The notes beneath the pieces were generated by a model. The model had not been told where the DNA came from, did not search any database, and saw nothing but the letters and a program-made list of their open reading frames with translations. Shown here in pieces: positions 37,976 to 55,237 of a stretch of DNA of 64,000 nucleotides. The position numbers and the translations under genes were made by a program. Origin of the DNA: Eledone cirrhosa (taxonomy: Eukaryota); the NCBI GenBank assembly GCA_964016885.1, contig CAXHJY010000652.1:6057-70056 (forward strand), given 5' to 3'. Position 1 is the stretch's first letter, and every line of letters starts with the position of its first letter.

Positions 37976-38110
37976 TTTCTGATTTAGTCGCAAGGTCATC
38001 AATTTTTGGGGTGGGGGAAAGTCGATTAAATCGACCCCAGTGCATTACTGGTACTTTATTTTATCGACGCTGTATGGATGAAAAGCAAAGTTAGCCTCGG
38101 TGGGATTTGG
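37713..38110 (-). mobile_element. Two tRNA-derived SINE copies separated by (AAT)n
   Basis: Same SINE body (tcgaccccgtaaggatgaaaagcaaagttaacctc) at 37713-37932 and 37975-38110. Confidence 0.8.
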
Positions 38111-38112
38111 AC

Positions 38113-40480
38113 AAGATCACAAAAGCATCCTCTCGCACGATGGCCGGTGACACCCGCTGCAACAGCCATCCAACCTCGCGGGGCTCCCTCCTCAAACGGG
38201 CCGCCAACATTCCGATCTTGCGGAGGAGCTCGGCAGGGTCCAAGTACGCCTGAAGTCTCGACGGCGACCGGTGCGAAGAGGAAGCGACCGGACTAACCCC
38301 GGTATTTATTTATTTTACGTTTTTCAGCGAGGCGGGCCGCGATACCGGGGTTTGTGGCCGAAGCAACTAAGCTGGAGGCGGAGAATGTGTCGCAGCAGAG
38401 TGACGTCCCAGATGAGGGATCTACCTCCTTCGAATGGGAAGAGTGTGATTACGTCGAGGCGCTTGCCCTCTCCGTGGTCTAGGCCTGTTGGCTCCAATTG
38501 AGATGGAAAGCCAGCTGCGTCCAGGCTTCTTCTCAATATGTTATTGAGAACGGCGTGTCGGGGGAACCGGTCTGCGCTCTGGCGGCAAGATAGAGAGTGC
38601 AGGCCGAACTTGTCAACAACCGCCCTGCAGTGGCATTTATGAGATTCACACACGCGGAGGCCAAGGCGTTGGGCTACTCCGATGCGAGCGCACTCATCAT
38701 CAAGAAGGGTACCGGTTGATGAGGAGGGCACCGAATTGAGCCACCTGCCGCTGTTGGGCTGAGAAGCGGAGCAGAGGCAGGCGAGGCGGTCTTGGTCCAA
38801 GCCAGACTCGATCCGCCAGATAAAAGACCTGCAATTGATGTCGCCCCAGTTACGTTGGACCGTAGTATACTGGGGGATAGAGAGGCCTTCGCCTGTCCAG
38901 TAGGCCAGAGCCTGTTTCATTTCAGGGGCCAGGTCAGGTTCGGCTGTCAGGCTGAGAACCTCACTGACGAGAGCGCGACAGGAGGAGATTAAGTAAATGT
39001 AGGCAGGTAAAGCTAGGTCAGAAGCTGATCGGAGGCCAAGGACACCGAACCTCGCTGGGAGTGTCTGGGGTCTTCCGTACGAAAGGTGAACGAGGGGGTA
39101 GATGAAAGGGGCTCGTCTGAGACATATCTCTAGGACGTGATCTCGTCTAACGCTGTTGAAGGCGTTAGTCATGTCCAGCATTACGAGGAGGTGGAGTGAC
39201 GAGGGAGGCGCATGCTTTATAAAGTGTCTGGCCGCATGAGCTGCGGCCTCACAACTGCACTTGATTCCCACTCCGAGCTGGACAGGGCTTAGCACCTCGC
39301 TGAGGTTGTCTTTGATTGACTTGCAAGCTATCTTAGCTGCAAATCGTTACCCACTGCGATGGAGCGGAGGCCTCCGTCATTCTACCTCGGGGTTGAGAAG
39401 AAAAGATCGCAGGCATGGCTGGGAAAGTTGGCGTGGAGGAGACAGTTGGTGAGGGCTTAATGGCTGGAGCAGTCGGGCCCTTGCTTTCACCGCACATGAG
39501 ACGAGATGAGGTCTCGGAGATGATCGGGGAGCAAGCCGCCCACTCCGCCACTGCTGCTACCAGGAAAAGATCTTAGGGCGGGTGCCACGTCCTCGCTGGA
39601 CGCTGCCAGGGAGGGAATGCTGGCCGGGGCTGGAGCGTCCCTGATGTCAACAGGAGGGTCCGGATGTTTGAGGCGAAGCGCTGACAAAACATCCGGTGTT
39701 GGTCGGAGCAGAGCGTCTCTTGAGGCCAGCACACGAACAGCCGTCGAAACGTCGCCCTCAATTAATTTGAGGTTGACGCTGTCCCGGAGAGGTTTCGTGC
39801 TGTCGTAGGTGAATTGGGGGTGTTGTGTAGGCACTGGTGGGCAGCATGAGAGTGTCGAGAGGTTTGCGAGCGAAGGGTCGCAGAAAGAGGCGACATTGCC
39901 CTTGAGCCTCGAAGCCAGGGAGGGACCAGATCTGTCTCTTACCGTCGGGTTCCCCACCAACGGGATTCCGAATACGAGAGTAGCAAAACTGAACAGTCTG
40001 GTCCGGTCCCCTGGATTGCCCGAGTCAAGCGCTCGGTCGATTGAAGTCGCTAACGCTTCAGCCACGGGAGTGCGAGCAGGTCTCTCCGCGACTGCCTGAG
40101 GTGGAAGATCGCCACCAGACATTCGTCGGAGTCGAGTGGGTCAGGTTCCCGTTGGATGGGGCACCCATGACCACCTGTGGTGTCGGGGTGGATAGACATG
40201 ATGGGCAGTGCCAGCGGTGCAATGAATCCGACGCGAGTCTTGTGAGTTTGACGTAAGAGATGTGGAAGAAGCTGTTGCAGTTGGAGCAGTTCCTTTCTCT
40301 CTTGCACCTGTTGCGCATGGCTCACGAGTGACACCGGTCAACTTCCCGTGGGGTGGAAGGTTGGGAGGAGCGGGCATTGCGTTCAGGAGTGTGGGAGATC
40401 AAATCTTTCGCCATATTGGTAAGGAGAAGAGATACCTGGACCGCACAGAATAGGAGATTGGGAGCGAGTTAGAACGGAGG
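38113..40480 (-). mobile_element. CRE-clade-like non-LTR retrotransposon, internally deleted and degenerate (PHD-like N-terminus, RT, RLE)
   Basis: CSNC..FHISY...WHCPSC; SSGGVGGLLPDHL; QLGVGIKCSCEAAAHAAR; LDMTNAFNSVRR; RLD.ITLFPFEGGRSLIWDVT. The RT centre (QGDP, YLDD) is absent. Confidence 0.8.
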
Positions 40481-40559
40481 ATTGTAAACTGTGCCTGGGG
40501 GCGAGTGCATGTATGATGTTGAGACGAGTGTCCGGGCACCCAAAGAAAATGGCCTTTCA

Positions 40560-41048
40560 GGACATTTTGATATTTTGTATATTGAATAAATTTTTAGTCG
40601 CTGGAGAGAAAAATGTTATCTTAATGGTAACAATTAAAAATAATTCAAGGACCTTTGGATGCAACCCGTTTAGTCCCCCACCTTCCAAACATCTGTGCGA
40701 CCTTCAACTGGCGATAAAAACGCTCCACCATTCCATTAAATGCAGGATGGTAACTGGTAATCCGGATACGTTGAGCACCGATGATATTTGTTAGCTCGGA
40801 GGAAAGGTGAGATTCGAACTGCCTACCTCGGTTTGTTTTAATAGTGGTAGGAACACCGTAGCGCGATATCCACCCTGATACCAGAGCTCGCGCTACAGAT
40901 TCAGTAGTAATGTCACTAAGAGGAATGGCTTCAGACCATCAGGTGAAACGATCAATGCAGGTCAGGATGTACGAATATCCACAGCTGACAGACCAAGGTC
41001 TTACGAGATCAATATGTATGTGGCGAAAGCGTGCATCAGGTGTACTGC
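40560..41048 (-). pseudogene. Ty3/Gypsy integrase core fragment, inverted
   Basis: Manual translation of minus strand: RFRHIHIDLV..YSYILTCIDRFT*WSEAIPL..VARALVSGWISRYGVPTTIKTNRGRQFES, followed by an HP..NGMVERF-like motif. Confidence 0.85.
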
Positions 41049-41049
41049 C

Positions 41050-43083
41050 TCTTCATGTATTTGCTGGTACCACGAGCGTTTCGCGGAAAGAGCTCGTAGA
41101 TGCATTAAACCCTGTTCTTATGTAATCCGGGAAACGCAAGTACGGGACACTGAGCGCGACAGCCGTCCCCGGTACACCTCTTCCTAACCATGCATTCTTC
41201 ATAGAAGATTTTTTATCGCGCAAGCTTTTCCTGGTGGATTCTGGCACTTCTTGCAGTATTTGGCCTCCGAAATTCCTCAAGTACACTCCTCTTTCTTCAG
41301 AGATCACCCTGCAGGCGGTGAATCATTCGCCTATCCAAACTTTAGGTCAGATCTCGCTTTCTTTGGATCTAAATTTACGTCACGACTTAAATGGATATTC
41401 GTTATAGCTGACCTGCTATATCCAATCCTGGGAACAGATTTTCTCCACCATTACTCGCTTTTTGTGGACTATCCTGGATAATACTACCAACTTTTCAATT
41501 CATGGCAAAAATTCCAGTGTTCCATCGGTTAGCCCGACATTTTTCATCGCTACTACAGGAGATGAATATCATAAATTTTTGACACTTTTCCGGCGCTTAC
41601 TAACTTAAATTTCCAAGTGGATAGTCCTGTGCAGTCTACAAAGCATTTCATCTCTACGAACGAACCTCCAGTATTTTCTCGCCCTCGTCGTTTACCCCCG
41701 GACAGACTCAAGGCGGCAAAGGCTGAGTTTGATCACATGCTCCAACTGGGAATTATTCGTCCATCTACCAGTCCTTGGGCCTCTCCGTTACATATGGTTC
41801 CCAAGGGCTCTGAAGATTGGAGACCTACGAGAGATTTTAGAAGACTAAACGCCATGACTGTTCCTGATAAATATCCTATTTCACATCTCCAGGATTTTTC
41901 GTTTTCGTTACAAGGAAGCACAATATTTTCTAAGCTCGACCTTGTACGAGCTTACCACCAGATCCCAGTTAAACCTGAGGATATTCCGAAAACAGCAATA
42001 ACAATACCCTTCGGCTCTTTTGAAATTTTGACAATACCATTTGGCCTCAGATATGCCGCGAGCACTTTTCAACGATTTATACACGAGGTCATTCGTGGTT
42101 TGGACTTTGTCTATGCTTATATCGACGATCTTCTGATTGCCAGTTCTTCTGCTGAAGAACATATTCACCTTTTAAAGTTGCTTTTCCAGCGCCTTCAGGA
42201 TTTCAAAGTACGTGTTAACCTTGCTAAATGTGTTTTTGGCTCATCTACTCTCGGACATATTATTGATAAAGAGGGTATTCGACCTCTACCTGAAAAAGTA
42301 CAAGCTATTGAGGACCTTCCTCCTCCTTCTTCTCTTCGCCAGTTGCGCAATTTCCTCTGATTGTTAAATTTTTATAGACGTTTCATTCATTCCTCACTGT
42401 GATGAACTCTTGTCGCCTCCTACTGAACTATTAAGAAATCGTCGTAAGAAGAATGAAGATATTATTTTGACTATGGCACAATTCGAAGTATTTAACTTTG
42501 CAAAAAATGAGCTTGCTAAAGCGTCTCTTCTATCGCACTCGGTCTCCGATGCAAAGCTTTCGCTTGTGGTTGATGCATCGGATACAGCTGTCGGTGCTGT
42601 TTTACAGCAATTTTATTCAGGACACCTGCAACCTCTGGCATTTTTCTCTCGGAAACTGAAGCCTGCCGAGACGCGATACAGCACTTTTAGTCGCGAATTA
42701 CTGGCTATTTACCTTTCTGTGAAACACTTTCAACACCTCCTCAAGGGAAGAAACTTTACTGTGTATACTGACCATAAGCCTCTTACCTTTCCTTTGAAAT
42801 CAAAACCTGATAGATATTCGCCAAGGGAGACGACACATCTTGATTTCGTTTCGCAGTTTACCAGCGACATTCAACATATTTCTGGCTCGAAAAACACCGC
42901 GGCAGATGCATTATCCAGACTCGCCATTAGTGCTATATCATCAGCTCGGGAATTGACCTAAATCTCTTATCTTCAGACCAGCCTCCTTTGGACTCACTGG
43001 ATTTGTCATCTTCTGAATTTGCGGCTTGTAAATTCAAGTACCTGCCTTTACCGCCAGCGGACACGCACATTCCCTGCGACGTT
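41050..43083 (+). mobile_element. Ty3/Gypsy gag end, protease, RT and RNase H relic
   Basis: CWYHERF..RARRCIKPC, gggaaac slip site, FLVDSG protease, [52 protein letters not shown]; several stops; no LTR recognised. Confidence 0.9.
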
Positions 43084-43084
43084 A

Positions 43085-43940
43085 CATATACGACGTTACA
43101 TTTGTAGACAATGTTACTGAAGAGGCATTTCCCGGATAGAGGGCAGTCAACCTGATTCCTACAATTACAGTTAGTAGTAGCTACAGGGTTGCACGTATTA
43201 CTACGGCTAGGTAATTTAGCTAAATTTGAAGCAGTGATATTGTGTGCAAGGTTGGGAGTCGTACAGTAAGATATTTGAATGGTATTTCTATTAAATTTTT
43301 TATTATATTTATGTGCTGAGGGGAAATGCATCTTAATAAGGGAGAGAAAGATCTTAGCTAATGGTGTGGCCACCTCCATATTATATGGTGGGTTATACCA
43401 TATAATGCGTCGGGATCTAGCTTTCCTTGGTCTATGCTCATACTTAGTATATGCTACCTTATCGACAAATCGACTCCGAGCAAGAGCTTCATTGTAATAT
43501 GTGGAATGGTCAGGGAAAATATGCTCGTTTGTAGATAGACGGGAAAGCCTCAAAGAAACGTTTCTTACTAGGTTCTTGGTTATGCTGGCAGGATGGTTAG
43601 AATGCTTACTTATGTAATTAAGCGTATCATTCGGCTTTCTATACGGGTAGTGCAAGCCATTTGACAAATTGAGGGTAACGTCGAGGTAATAAACGACCGA
43701 GAGGTTGGCCTCAACCTGTATGGAGAGGTTGAAACCTTTAAAGAAGGCGGTGAGTTCTTTTCTGAACCTGTCGCAAGCGTGTGGACCGCACTTTGTCATT
43801 GTCAAAAGACCGTCATCGCGGTACAAACCACCGCCCACATTGGGGAATTCTTCCTTGATAGATAAAAGAAGGAAAGGGCCGATAAGATCTGTAACCTCCG
43901 CCGAATCGCTGGCGCCCATACTCACGTCGAATGGGGTACT
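43085..43940 (-). mobile_element. Penelope-like RT fragment (probably Naiad-type)
   Basis: MGASDSAEVTDLIG, GLYRDDGL, YLDVTLNL, PYRKPN, SNHP, WYNPPY, CNCRNQVDCPLSGKC, NIVYKC. Confidence 0.85.
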
Positions 43941-44103
43941 ATTGAATTTTTTTTATCCAAATAGAGTTGTCGAAAATATATGTGTATGGGTGTGTGTTTA
44001 TATATTTTTATATATATGCGTATATGTGTGAGTGTATGTGATTGTATATATGTGTATGTGTTTGTATATATGTGTGTGTATGTGTATTAATATATATATA
44101 TAT

Positions 44104-45395
44104 GTGGCAGAAAGAATACTGGCGCAACTGATTAGAGAAAGGCTAAAATTAGATGAGATGCAATTTGGTTTTGTGCCTCGGAAAAGTACAACAGATGCCC
44201 TCTTCTTAGTGAGACAAGTACAAGAGAGGTTCTTAGAGAAAAATAAGCCACTATACTTAGCTTTTGTTGACCTATAGAAGGCCTTCGATAGAGTACCCCG
44301 ATCTGTCATCTGGCGGTCACTAAGAAAACTAGGTGTAGAGGAATGTCTTGTGAGGACAGTGCAAGCTATGTACAGGGTTGCTGTCAGTAAAGTGAGAGTA
44401 GGAATGGAGTTTAGTGAGGAATTCCAGATACAAGTAGGAGTACATCAAAGTTCGGATCTCAGCCCGCTCTTGTTCATTATAGTCCTTCAAGCCATAACAG
44501 AGGAGTTTAAGATTGGCTGCTCATGGGAACTTCTCTATGCTGACAATCTGGTTCTTATAGCAGAATCAGTAGAGGAGCTAGAGAATAAATTCTGGCTATG
44601 GAAACAGCAGTTGGAATCAAGAGGATTGGGAGTGAACCTAGCTGAGACAAAAGTATTGATGAGTAAAAAAAGAGGACAAAACTCTGATTCCATCAGGTAA
44701 ATGGCCATGTTCGATCTGTAGGAAAGGAGTTAGCATAAATTCTATAAAATGTACACAATGCAGGTCTTGGGTACACAGGAGATGTAGTGGGATAGAAGGC
44801 AAACTAACAGGTAGGGAAAACTACGTATGCAGTAGATGTACAGGGAAGTTTGACAGTAGAAGTCGCATTGATAAACACATTTTTCAAATGCAGGTGGGTG
44901 CTATAGAAGCGGTTTATAGCTTCCGGTACCTAGGTGATCAGATTAGCATGGGATGGGGGGGGGGGGGTTCCAAGGCCATAGTATCTAGAATAAGGATGGG
45001 TTGGAAGAAGTTTAGGGAGCTGCTTCCTCTGCTGACAAAGAAGGGTTTCTCCATGCGTACGAAAGGCCGGTTATATGATGCCTGCGCGAGGTGCGTGATG
45101 CTGCATGGAAGTGAGACATGAGCAGCAACTGCAGAGGATATGCGACAGCTGGAGAGAAATGAAGCAAGCATGCTCCGTTGGATGTGCAGTGTCAATGTAC
45201 GTGAACGACCGAGCATGGATGTGTTGAGAGAGATAACTGTGTTTAAGAGGAATAAGTTGTAGTGTGTGGGAGAGAAGACTGCGGTGATATGGACATGTGA
45301 TGCGCATGGAGGATGACCGCTGGGTAAAGAAGTGCCAGTAGAAGGAAGATGCAGTAGAGGAAGACCACTAAAAACATGGTCAGAGGTGGTGAAAG
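44104..45395 (+). mobile_element. Degenerate RTE LINE fragment
   Basis: QFGFVP, FVDL*KAFDRV, LLYADNL, GWKKFRELLPLL; multiple stops. Confidence 0.88.
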
Positions 45396-45892
45396 ATTTT
45401 GTATATTTAACTAAGATTGACAATCACCTAATATTTTGTTTTTATTCGTCTGTGTTTTTTTGTTGTTTTTTTCCCCCGCACTGTGGTGAGATGTACTGCC
45501 TTTAATGTGTTCGAAACATCTGTGATCCACAGAAGACAGCTGATGAGCAGGAATTGTCCTTGTGTTTACATTTGTGTTTCTCTTATGTTTTCTAAATAAT
45601 ATTTATTAGTAACCACACAGCGCCTTTGTTACTTTTTAATATATATATAAAATTTCCCAAATGGTTGACTGAATACGCACGTGTGCGTTTTCTCCCCTTT
45701 TTTCTCTTTTTCCCCCCATTCCTTCCCCTTCTTGCTTTATCTTCTATTTCTAACTCTATCTTCTGATGAAGGACTAGTGTCCAAGTGTTGAAACTCTTTT
45801 CCTGCTATTTCAAGCATTAAACTAATATTTAATTCTGTTTACTTTTTACGCACATATATATGTGTGTGTGTGCAGGTCCACTGTCTGTATAC

Positions 45893-46110
45893 ATCATCAC
45901 CGTTTTACGTCCATTCTTCCACACTAGCATGGGTTAGACGGGTTGTCCTGTTGTGGGCAGTGCCCGGTCGGCTGACCAAGTCTTGCTCATACGGGAACTG
46001 ATTCTGGCTTGATTTCTACAGCGGGATGCCCTTCCTAACACCAACCTCATTTACAGTCAGTGCTGGGTGCTTTTTTTCCGTGGCGCCTGCCTACACGTCC
46101 ACTTTACAGG
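45893..46110 (-). mobile_element. RTE 3'UTR fragment
   Basis: Reverse complement of 1575-1795. Confidence 0.8.
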
Positions 46111-46681
46111 TTTCAAAAAAATTCAGGAGAGAAAACCTAGAAAAATGACCGATTTTCCAACCTCAATCCTCACCAATTTATTATATGGAACTCGAGAGTA
46201 TACTATAAGTTTTTAATTTTAGTTAATACAGCATGATGCGAATTAGGTCTTAAGGGGAGTCAATCCTTCACGTATTGGCTTCGTGCGCCAAGAGTTATCG
46301 ACCTTGTATTATAAATATACTTGATTTAAATTTAATCACTAGTAGAATTAATGGTTACGGGTTATTCTAAGCAGGTTAGGGTAGAGATAAGGTCAGGGTT
46401 CTGTTAGTGAGGGTTTGGCGTTAGGTGCTCAGATTCTTTCACATAACAACAAAGAATAAATAAAGAAAAACTATTTCTTAACAGATCTAAACCGAAGTTA
46501 AATATGTAATCTATCCATTAGATTATTCATAAGGACCTATTAACTAAGCTCATACACATATACAGACAGATTTACACATTTGCACACATACACGCATGTG
46601 TGTGTGTCATAATCATCATCATCATCTTCGTTTAACGTCCATCTTCCACGCTAGCATGGGTTATATATATATATATATATA

Positions 46682-48655
46682 CAGTGAGTTTTCGTTATAC
46701 GGTATATATGCGTTCCAGAAACCCTTACAGTATATCGAATTACCGTATAAAGAACCCATTATAACATGAAATAGATAGGGATGCGTTCCAGCACATCGAA
46801 AAAGTCATCCCTCCAGAAAAGAAATAATGTTTTTTTTATTTATTTACCGTACCTTACACATGCCGCGTAATCCATCAGATGATGTGCCTCTTCATTTGTC
46901 CCTCCCGAGGCTAAGGGACAGTATGGGTTTCAGTCCTTACTCATCTTGGGCTAAGTTGGCAGGAGAGGATGAAGGTGATGTGGGAGACTCAAAACCAACA
47001 AACTCGTTGACTGCAGGGGATGTTGAAGGGCCAGCTGTAGCACGGTTGGCAGGTGTGACTGGCTTGAAGAAAGAGTAGATGGAGGGCTTCATACATTTCT
47101 TGGTAAATCTTGACGCTTTTCTCGACGTCTTGAGCCACTTTGCTGCTCATAGCAGGGTTGAGGTCACGCTCCTTCAGGATTTCTAAGATTGTTTCGATAC
47201 TCCTGAGACATTCTCTTAGAGTTTTTATGTCCAAGCCACGCACAGGTCCTTCTGCCTCCTCTTCTTTTTTTTCTGTCTCTTGTATCGCCTTGTCTAGTTC
47301 TATGAGTTCATCATTGGAGAGTGGTTCAGCGTAGCTTTCCAAAAGGTCTTGCTCATCATCATCATTAACACCATCGAAGCCAGCTCTATGGCAGAGATTT
47401 ACAATATCTTTTTTTTTATCGCACCAATGTCCTCAGCAAAGCCTTGGAAGTCATTCACACATAATTTGTGGCCATAATTTATTCCAGGCCAAGTTCATGG
47501 TAGACTGCTTCACTTCTTACCAAGATGCCTTGATATTGTCTAAGCTGTGTTTGATGTTGTACAATTTCCACCATTCCCTGATCGTGGGCTTGTCAGGCCC
47601 ATCTATGCCCTTTATCAGCTGCTGCATGGTTCTCCGCTGGTAGTATGCCTTAAATGTTTTGATGACTGTTCGATCCATCGGCTGAATGAGAGCTGTGGTG
47701 TTTGGGGGAGAAACAAAACCTCAATATTTTCTGACCAGTCTTCCATTGCCCGTGGGTGGCTGGGGGCGTTGTCTACTAATAACGGTTGGCAATGTCGTTA
47801 GCTAATGCATATTCCTTAAGGGTTGGTGACAGATATGAGGTGAAAAAATCCTGGTGAATTGAAGTGATCTTCTTATTAGACTTCCATATCACTGGTAGGT
47901 ATTGCTTAAGTAACCCTTTGAATGCTCTTCGAGTTTCAGAATGGTAGATAATGAGTGGCTTTAGCTTTAAATCTCCTTCTGCATTCCCTCCAAGTAACAG
48001 AGTAACGCGGTCCTTTGAGGCTTTGAACCCCTTCGACCTTTTCTCCTCCTTGTCAATATAATTATTACTGGTCATCTTTTTCCAATAAAGTCCTGTTTCA
48101 TCATAATTAGTAACCTGTTTTTTGCTCTACCCCTTCTCTGCAATGCATTTCTCTAACACTGCCTTAAATTTTGTCGGAACTGGCAGCCTCACCTGTAACA
48201 TTTATATTGTGAAGACTCGAACGTCGTTTGAACTTATCAAACCAGCCTTTGCTTGCCTTGAATACAAAGTACTCCACCCTTATTTCAGTCTTGAGCCTGT
48301 CAATAATGGACAATGCTTTCTCACTGATTACATTTAAAGACAGAGGCATATTTTGACGATTTTGGTCGTCGATCCAAATTTTGAGCAACCTTTCCATCCT
48401 ATCCATAATCGGCTCACCATGTTTGGTCAACAATTTACTCTGTAGACTCGTAGTATTCTCCCCAGCCTTTTGGACAGCCTCACTATTTTTTAAAACAGTC
48501 CAGACTGTAGACTACGCTAGGCCTAAGTTACGACTTATGGCGGACGTACCTTGCCTCTGTTCCTTCCTTTTCAAAATGTCCAGCTTTATCTCCAAAGTCA
48601 GGCTCTTCCTCATGCGTCTGCATCAGCAATATTCGCAGGACGTTTTGGGGCCATA
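46682..48655 (-). mobile_element. Tigger/pogo DNA transposon relic (CENP-B HTH and DDE transposase, broken)
   Basis: MERLLKIWI, FKASKGWFDKFK, GEAASSD, GFKASKDRVTLLLGGNAEGD.KLKP; one TIR-like end TA|CAGTGAGTTTTCGTTATACG at 46682; other end not seen. Confidence 0.88.
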
Positions 48656-48746
48656 TTCTAATTCATTTGTCTATATCTTTTTTGTTTTTTTGTTTTTTTT
48701 TTGCTTTTCTTGATGAGACTTTCCAAGTTTTTACCCATGTTTTATA

Positions 48747-48822
48747 TTGCCTCGTCTGACGAACGAATGAAGACGTTTCTTTCGTATTCGCCTCATTCGG
48801 GAAACCTCTGGTAATGAGGTAA
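48747..48822 (+). ncRNA. Type I hammerhead ribozyme
   Basis: ttgcctcgt-CTGACGA-[cgaatga...tcattcg]-GAAA-cc tct gg-TA-atgaggtaa; GUA site. Confidence 0.78.
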
Positions 48823-48914
48823 TTATATTGTATTGATTTTTATACATTAAATTTTGCTCTCATACTTACATAGAGCACTCTTCACTGACCTTTTCTGTTT
48901 TCAACGGAAATTTC

Positions 48915-50456
<1,542 letters not shown>

Positions 50457-50457
<1 letters not shown>

Positions 50458-50865
50458 GGTGGCTGCCAACTCGTTTTCGAGTACGGCCACTACTTCATAT
50501 CCATGTAGGAGAACCCCTACTGATGCGCTGAACGAGTGTGACTTTTTAGTCCAGCCAGCGACTTGAAAACTCTGGTACAAACATTACACTTGTGACAATT
50601 ATTGACACATATTGCTGGGCCCATTGTACCATGTGACGACAAGTGCAGAGAGATCTCCAGATATAAAGCAATGCCTGTGCCGTGAAGCTTTTATAGTGAG
50701 CAAAGGCACTGCACAAAGCCAGTCCCACTCTCTTAACCAAGATGATATTTACCAAAAAGAAGAACAAGTCAACATCATTGGATACCATCAGGATTGCAGG
50801 TGTTATATCAGAGTTTTCCTTCTCCTAGAATTCTGCCTTGACAAAGGCTAAGGGGTCATCTCTCC

Positions 50866-50868
<3 letters not shown>
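50457..50868 (-). repeat. Second copy of the 12091-12500 repeat
   Basis: Near-identical sequence, flanked by TA tracts. Confidence 0.85.
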
Positions 50869-50961
<93 letters not shown>

Positions 50962-50990
50962 TATATACATATATATATATATACATATAT

Positions 50991-51802
50991 ATAAAAACAA
51001 ATAACGAAACGAAATTAAATTTCGTTTCGCTTCTAACTCACTTTTGTATGACTGACGCTTAAACAATTAAGTTAAAGTGTACATCTACATATGTATACGG
51101 AAGTATTAGTATGCATATAAATACACACATGTATACATATGTACATGTACTGAGTTTTTTTCACTAGACACTTTACAGTGAGTGTCAGCTACTGTGTTAC
51201 ATACAGACTAGCTGACACTCACTGTAAAGTGTCTAGTGAAAAACTCAGTACATGTACATATGTATACATGTGTGTATTTATATGCATACTAATACTTCCG
51301 TATACATATGTAGATGTACACTTTAACTTAATTGTTTAAGCGTCAGTCATACAAAAGTGAGTTAGAAGCGAAACGAAATTTAATTTCGTTTCGTTATTTG
51401 TTTTTATCGTTTCCGCTGAACCGGTGCGTACAATGACTCACGTTCTATGCAAATTAGTCTACCCACTACTAATTTTCATAGAAAAAGCATATAACGATAT
51501 GTGCTTTTACAATTCTCCAGAGAAGCCGGAAGATGGGTAAATATTGCTGATGAGATGTAATAACATCGAAACTAGTCCAATATTCCTGTCTGGCCCTCTG
51601 GAGAATAGAGGAAATGTGTTTCCTTGAAAACTCGTATGACTCTAAAACCCGGTCCGTCTGTGTGGTTACATACAGACTAGCTGACACTCACTGTAAAGTG
51701 TCTAGTGAAAAACTCAGTACATGTACATATGTATACATGTGTGTATTTATATGCATACTAATACTTCCGTATACATATGTAGATGTACACTTTAACTTAA
51801 TT
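50991..51802 (+). mobile_element. Non-coding HHR element (retrozyme or pLTR-like): 469-bp unit with terminal redundancy and inverted 5' copy
   Basis: 50991-51191 is inverted against 51209-51407; 51196-51333 is repeated at 51665-51802; TA tracts on both sides. Confidence 0.8.
51540..51584 (+). ncRNA. Canonical minimal type I hammerhead ribozyme
   Basis: aatattg-CTGATGA-gatgt aata acatc-GAAA-ctag-TC-caatatt; fully paired stems I and II; GUC site; palindromic ACTAGT. Confidence 0.9.
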
Positions 51803-51834
51803 ACATATATATATATATACATATATATATATAC

Positions 51835-51865
<31 letters not shown>

Positions 51866-51951
51866 CATATATATATAACGAAGGAAATGTGGTAAGGAAC
51901 CAGGTGGACCATAACGCACCAAAGTACTCAATACTTGAGGTAGTAGAGTGG

Positions 51952-52073
51952 GTAATAGGAACCAGTAAGACCCCGACAGCTGAGCTCAAGCCGTTTCCAC
52001 GGCTAATTCTGGTTAGAATTAGCCGTCGAAACGGCTTGAGCTCAGCTGTAGGGGTCTTACTGGTTCCTATTAC
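51952..52073. repeat. Near-perfect 122-bp hairpin
   Basis: gtaataggaaccagtaagacccc.../...ggggtcttactggttcctattac, centre aattct ggtt agaatt. Confidence 0.88.

Positions 52074-55237
<3,164 letters not shown>

Noticed and set aside
45505-45560. GAAAC hairpin followed by CTGATGAG (possible type II hammerhead)
   Set aside because: No NUH triplet or stem I without assuming several mutations.
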